18,070 bases of DNA from Elainellaceae cyanobacterium (GTDB lineage: Bacteria > Cyanobacteriota > Cyanobacteriia > CAZCXK01), in the NCBI GenBank assembly GCA_051117555.1, contig JBNPEG010000168.1, positions 1 through 18,070 on the forward strand. The letters run 5' to 3'. The notes beneath the pieces were generated by a model that ran no database searches, was not told the origin of the DNA, and saw nothing but the letters and a program-made list of their open reading frames with translations. Numbering within the stretch: the stretch's first letter is position 1; each line of letters opens with the position of its first letter. Below are positions 17,949-18,070 of the stretch, piece after piece. The translations under genes and the position numbers were made by a program.

Positions 17949-18070
17949 ATGATTTCCTCTATGTCAGCTTTCAATTTCCATGTTTTGTTGGAGAAAACTG
18001 AAACAGGGCGGATAATTGCATCAATTGCTGAATTAGCAAACTGCCGAGTAGAAGCAGCAACCCGTCAAGA
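17949..18070 (+). CDS. HicB-like antitoxin, 5' part (runs off the window)
   Basis: MISSMSAFNFHVLLEKTETGRIIASIAELANCRVEAATRQ matches the HicB N-terminal pattern; AGGAGA lies upstream. Confidence 0.55.
   Translation, partial: MISSMSAFNFHVLLEKTETGRIIASIAELANCRVEAATRQ

Noticed and set aside
14858..18070. Classical integron, prophage or IS element
   Set aside because: No integrase, transposase, phage gene or canonical attC structure is visible in the window.

Overview
Cyanobacterial chromosomal window: I count about 35 HIP1 octamers (GCGATCGC) by hand, and it carries a flv3-flv1 pair. The intact genes are flv3, flv1 (with an unusual ~35-aa insertion), an orphan APC-transporter/PAS/histidine-kinase fusion co-oriented upstream of them, an antitoxin-VapC pair, tlyA, a trypsin-like protease with RTX repeats, and murI. 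They are interleaved with decayed accessory DNA. At the left end lie a doubly deleted AlbA_2/HATPase + ParA-like operon, a 5'-truncated adenosine-specific kinase and a MITE-like hairpin. At the right end lie a 21-bp tandem repeat, a NACHT gene missing its NTPase core, and a run of toxin-antitoxin modules. In most of these modules the toxin-side gene is broken while the partner stays intact, and one is flanked by HIP1-based direct repeats. Family assignments come from motif recognition and memory, not from database searches.
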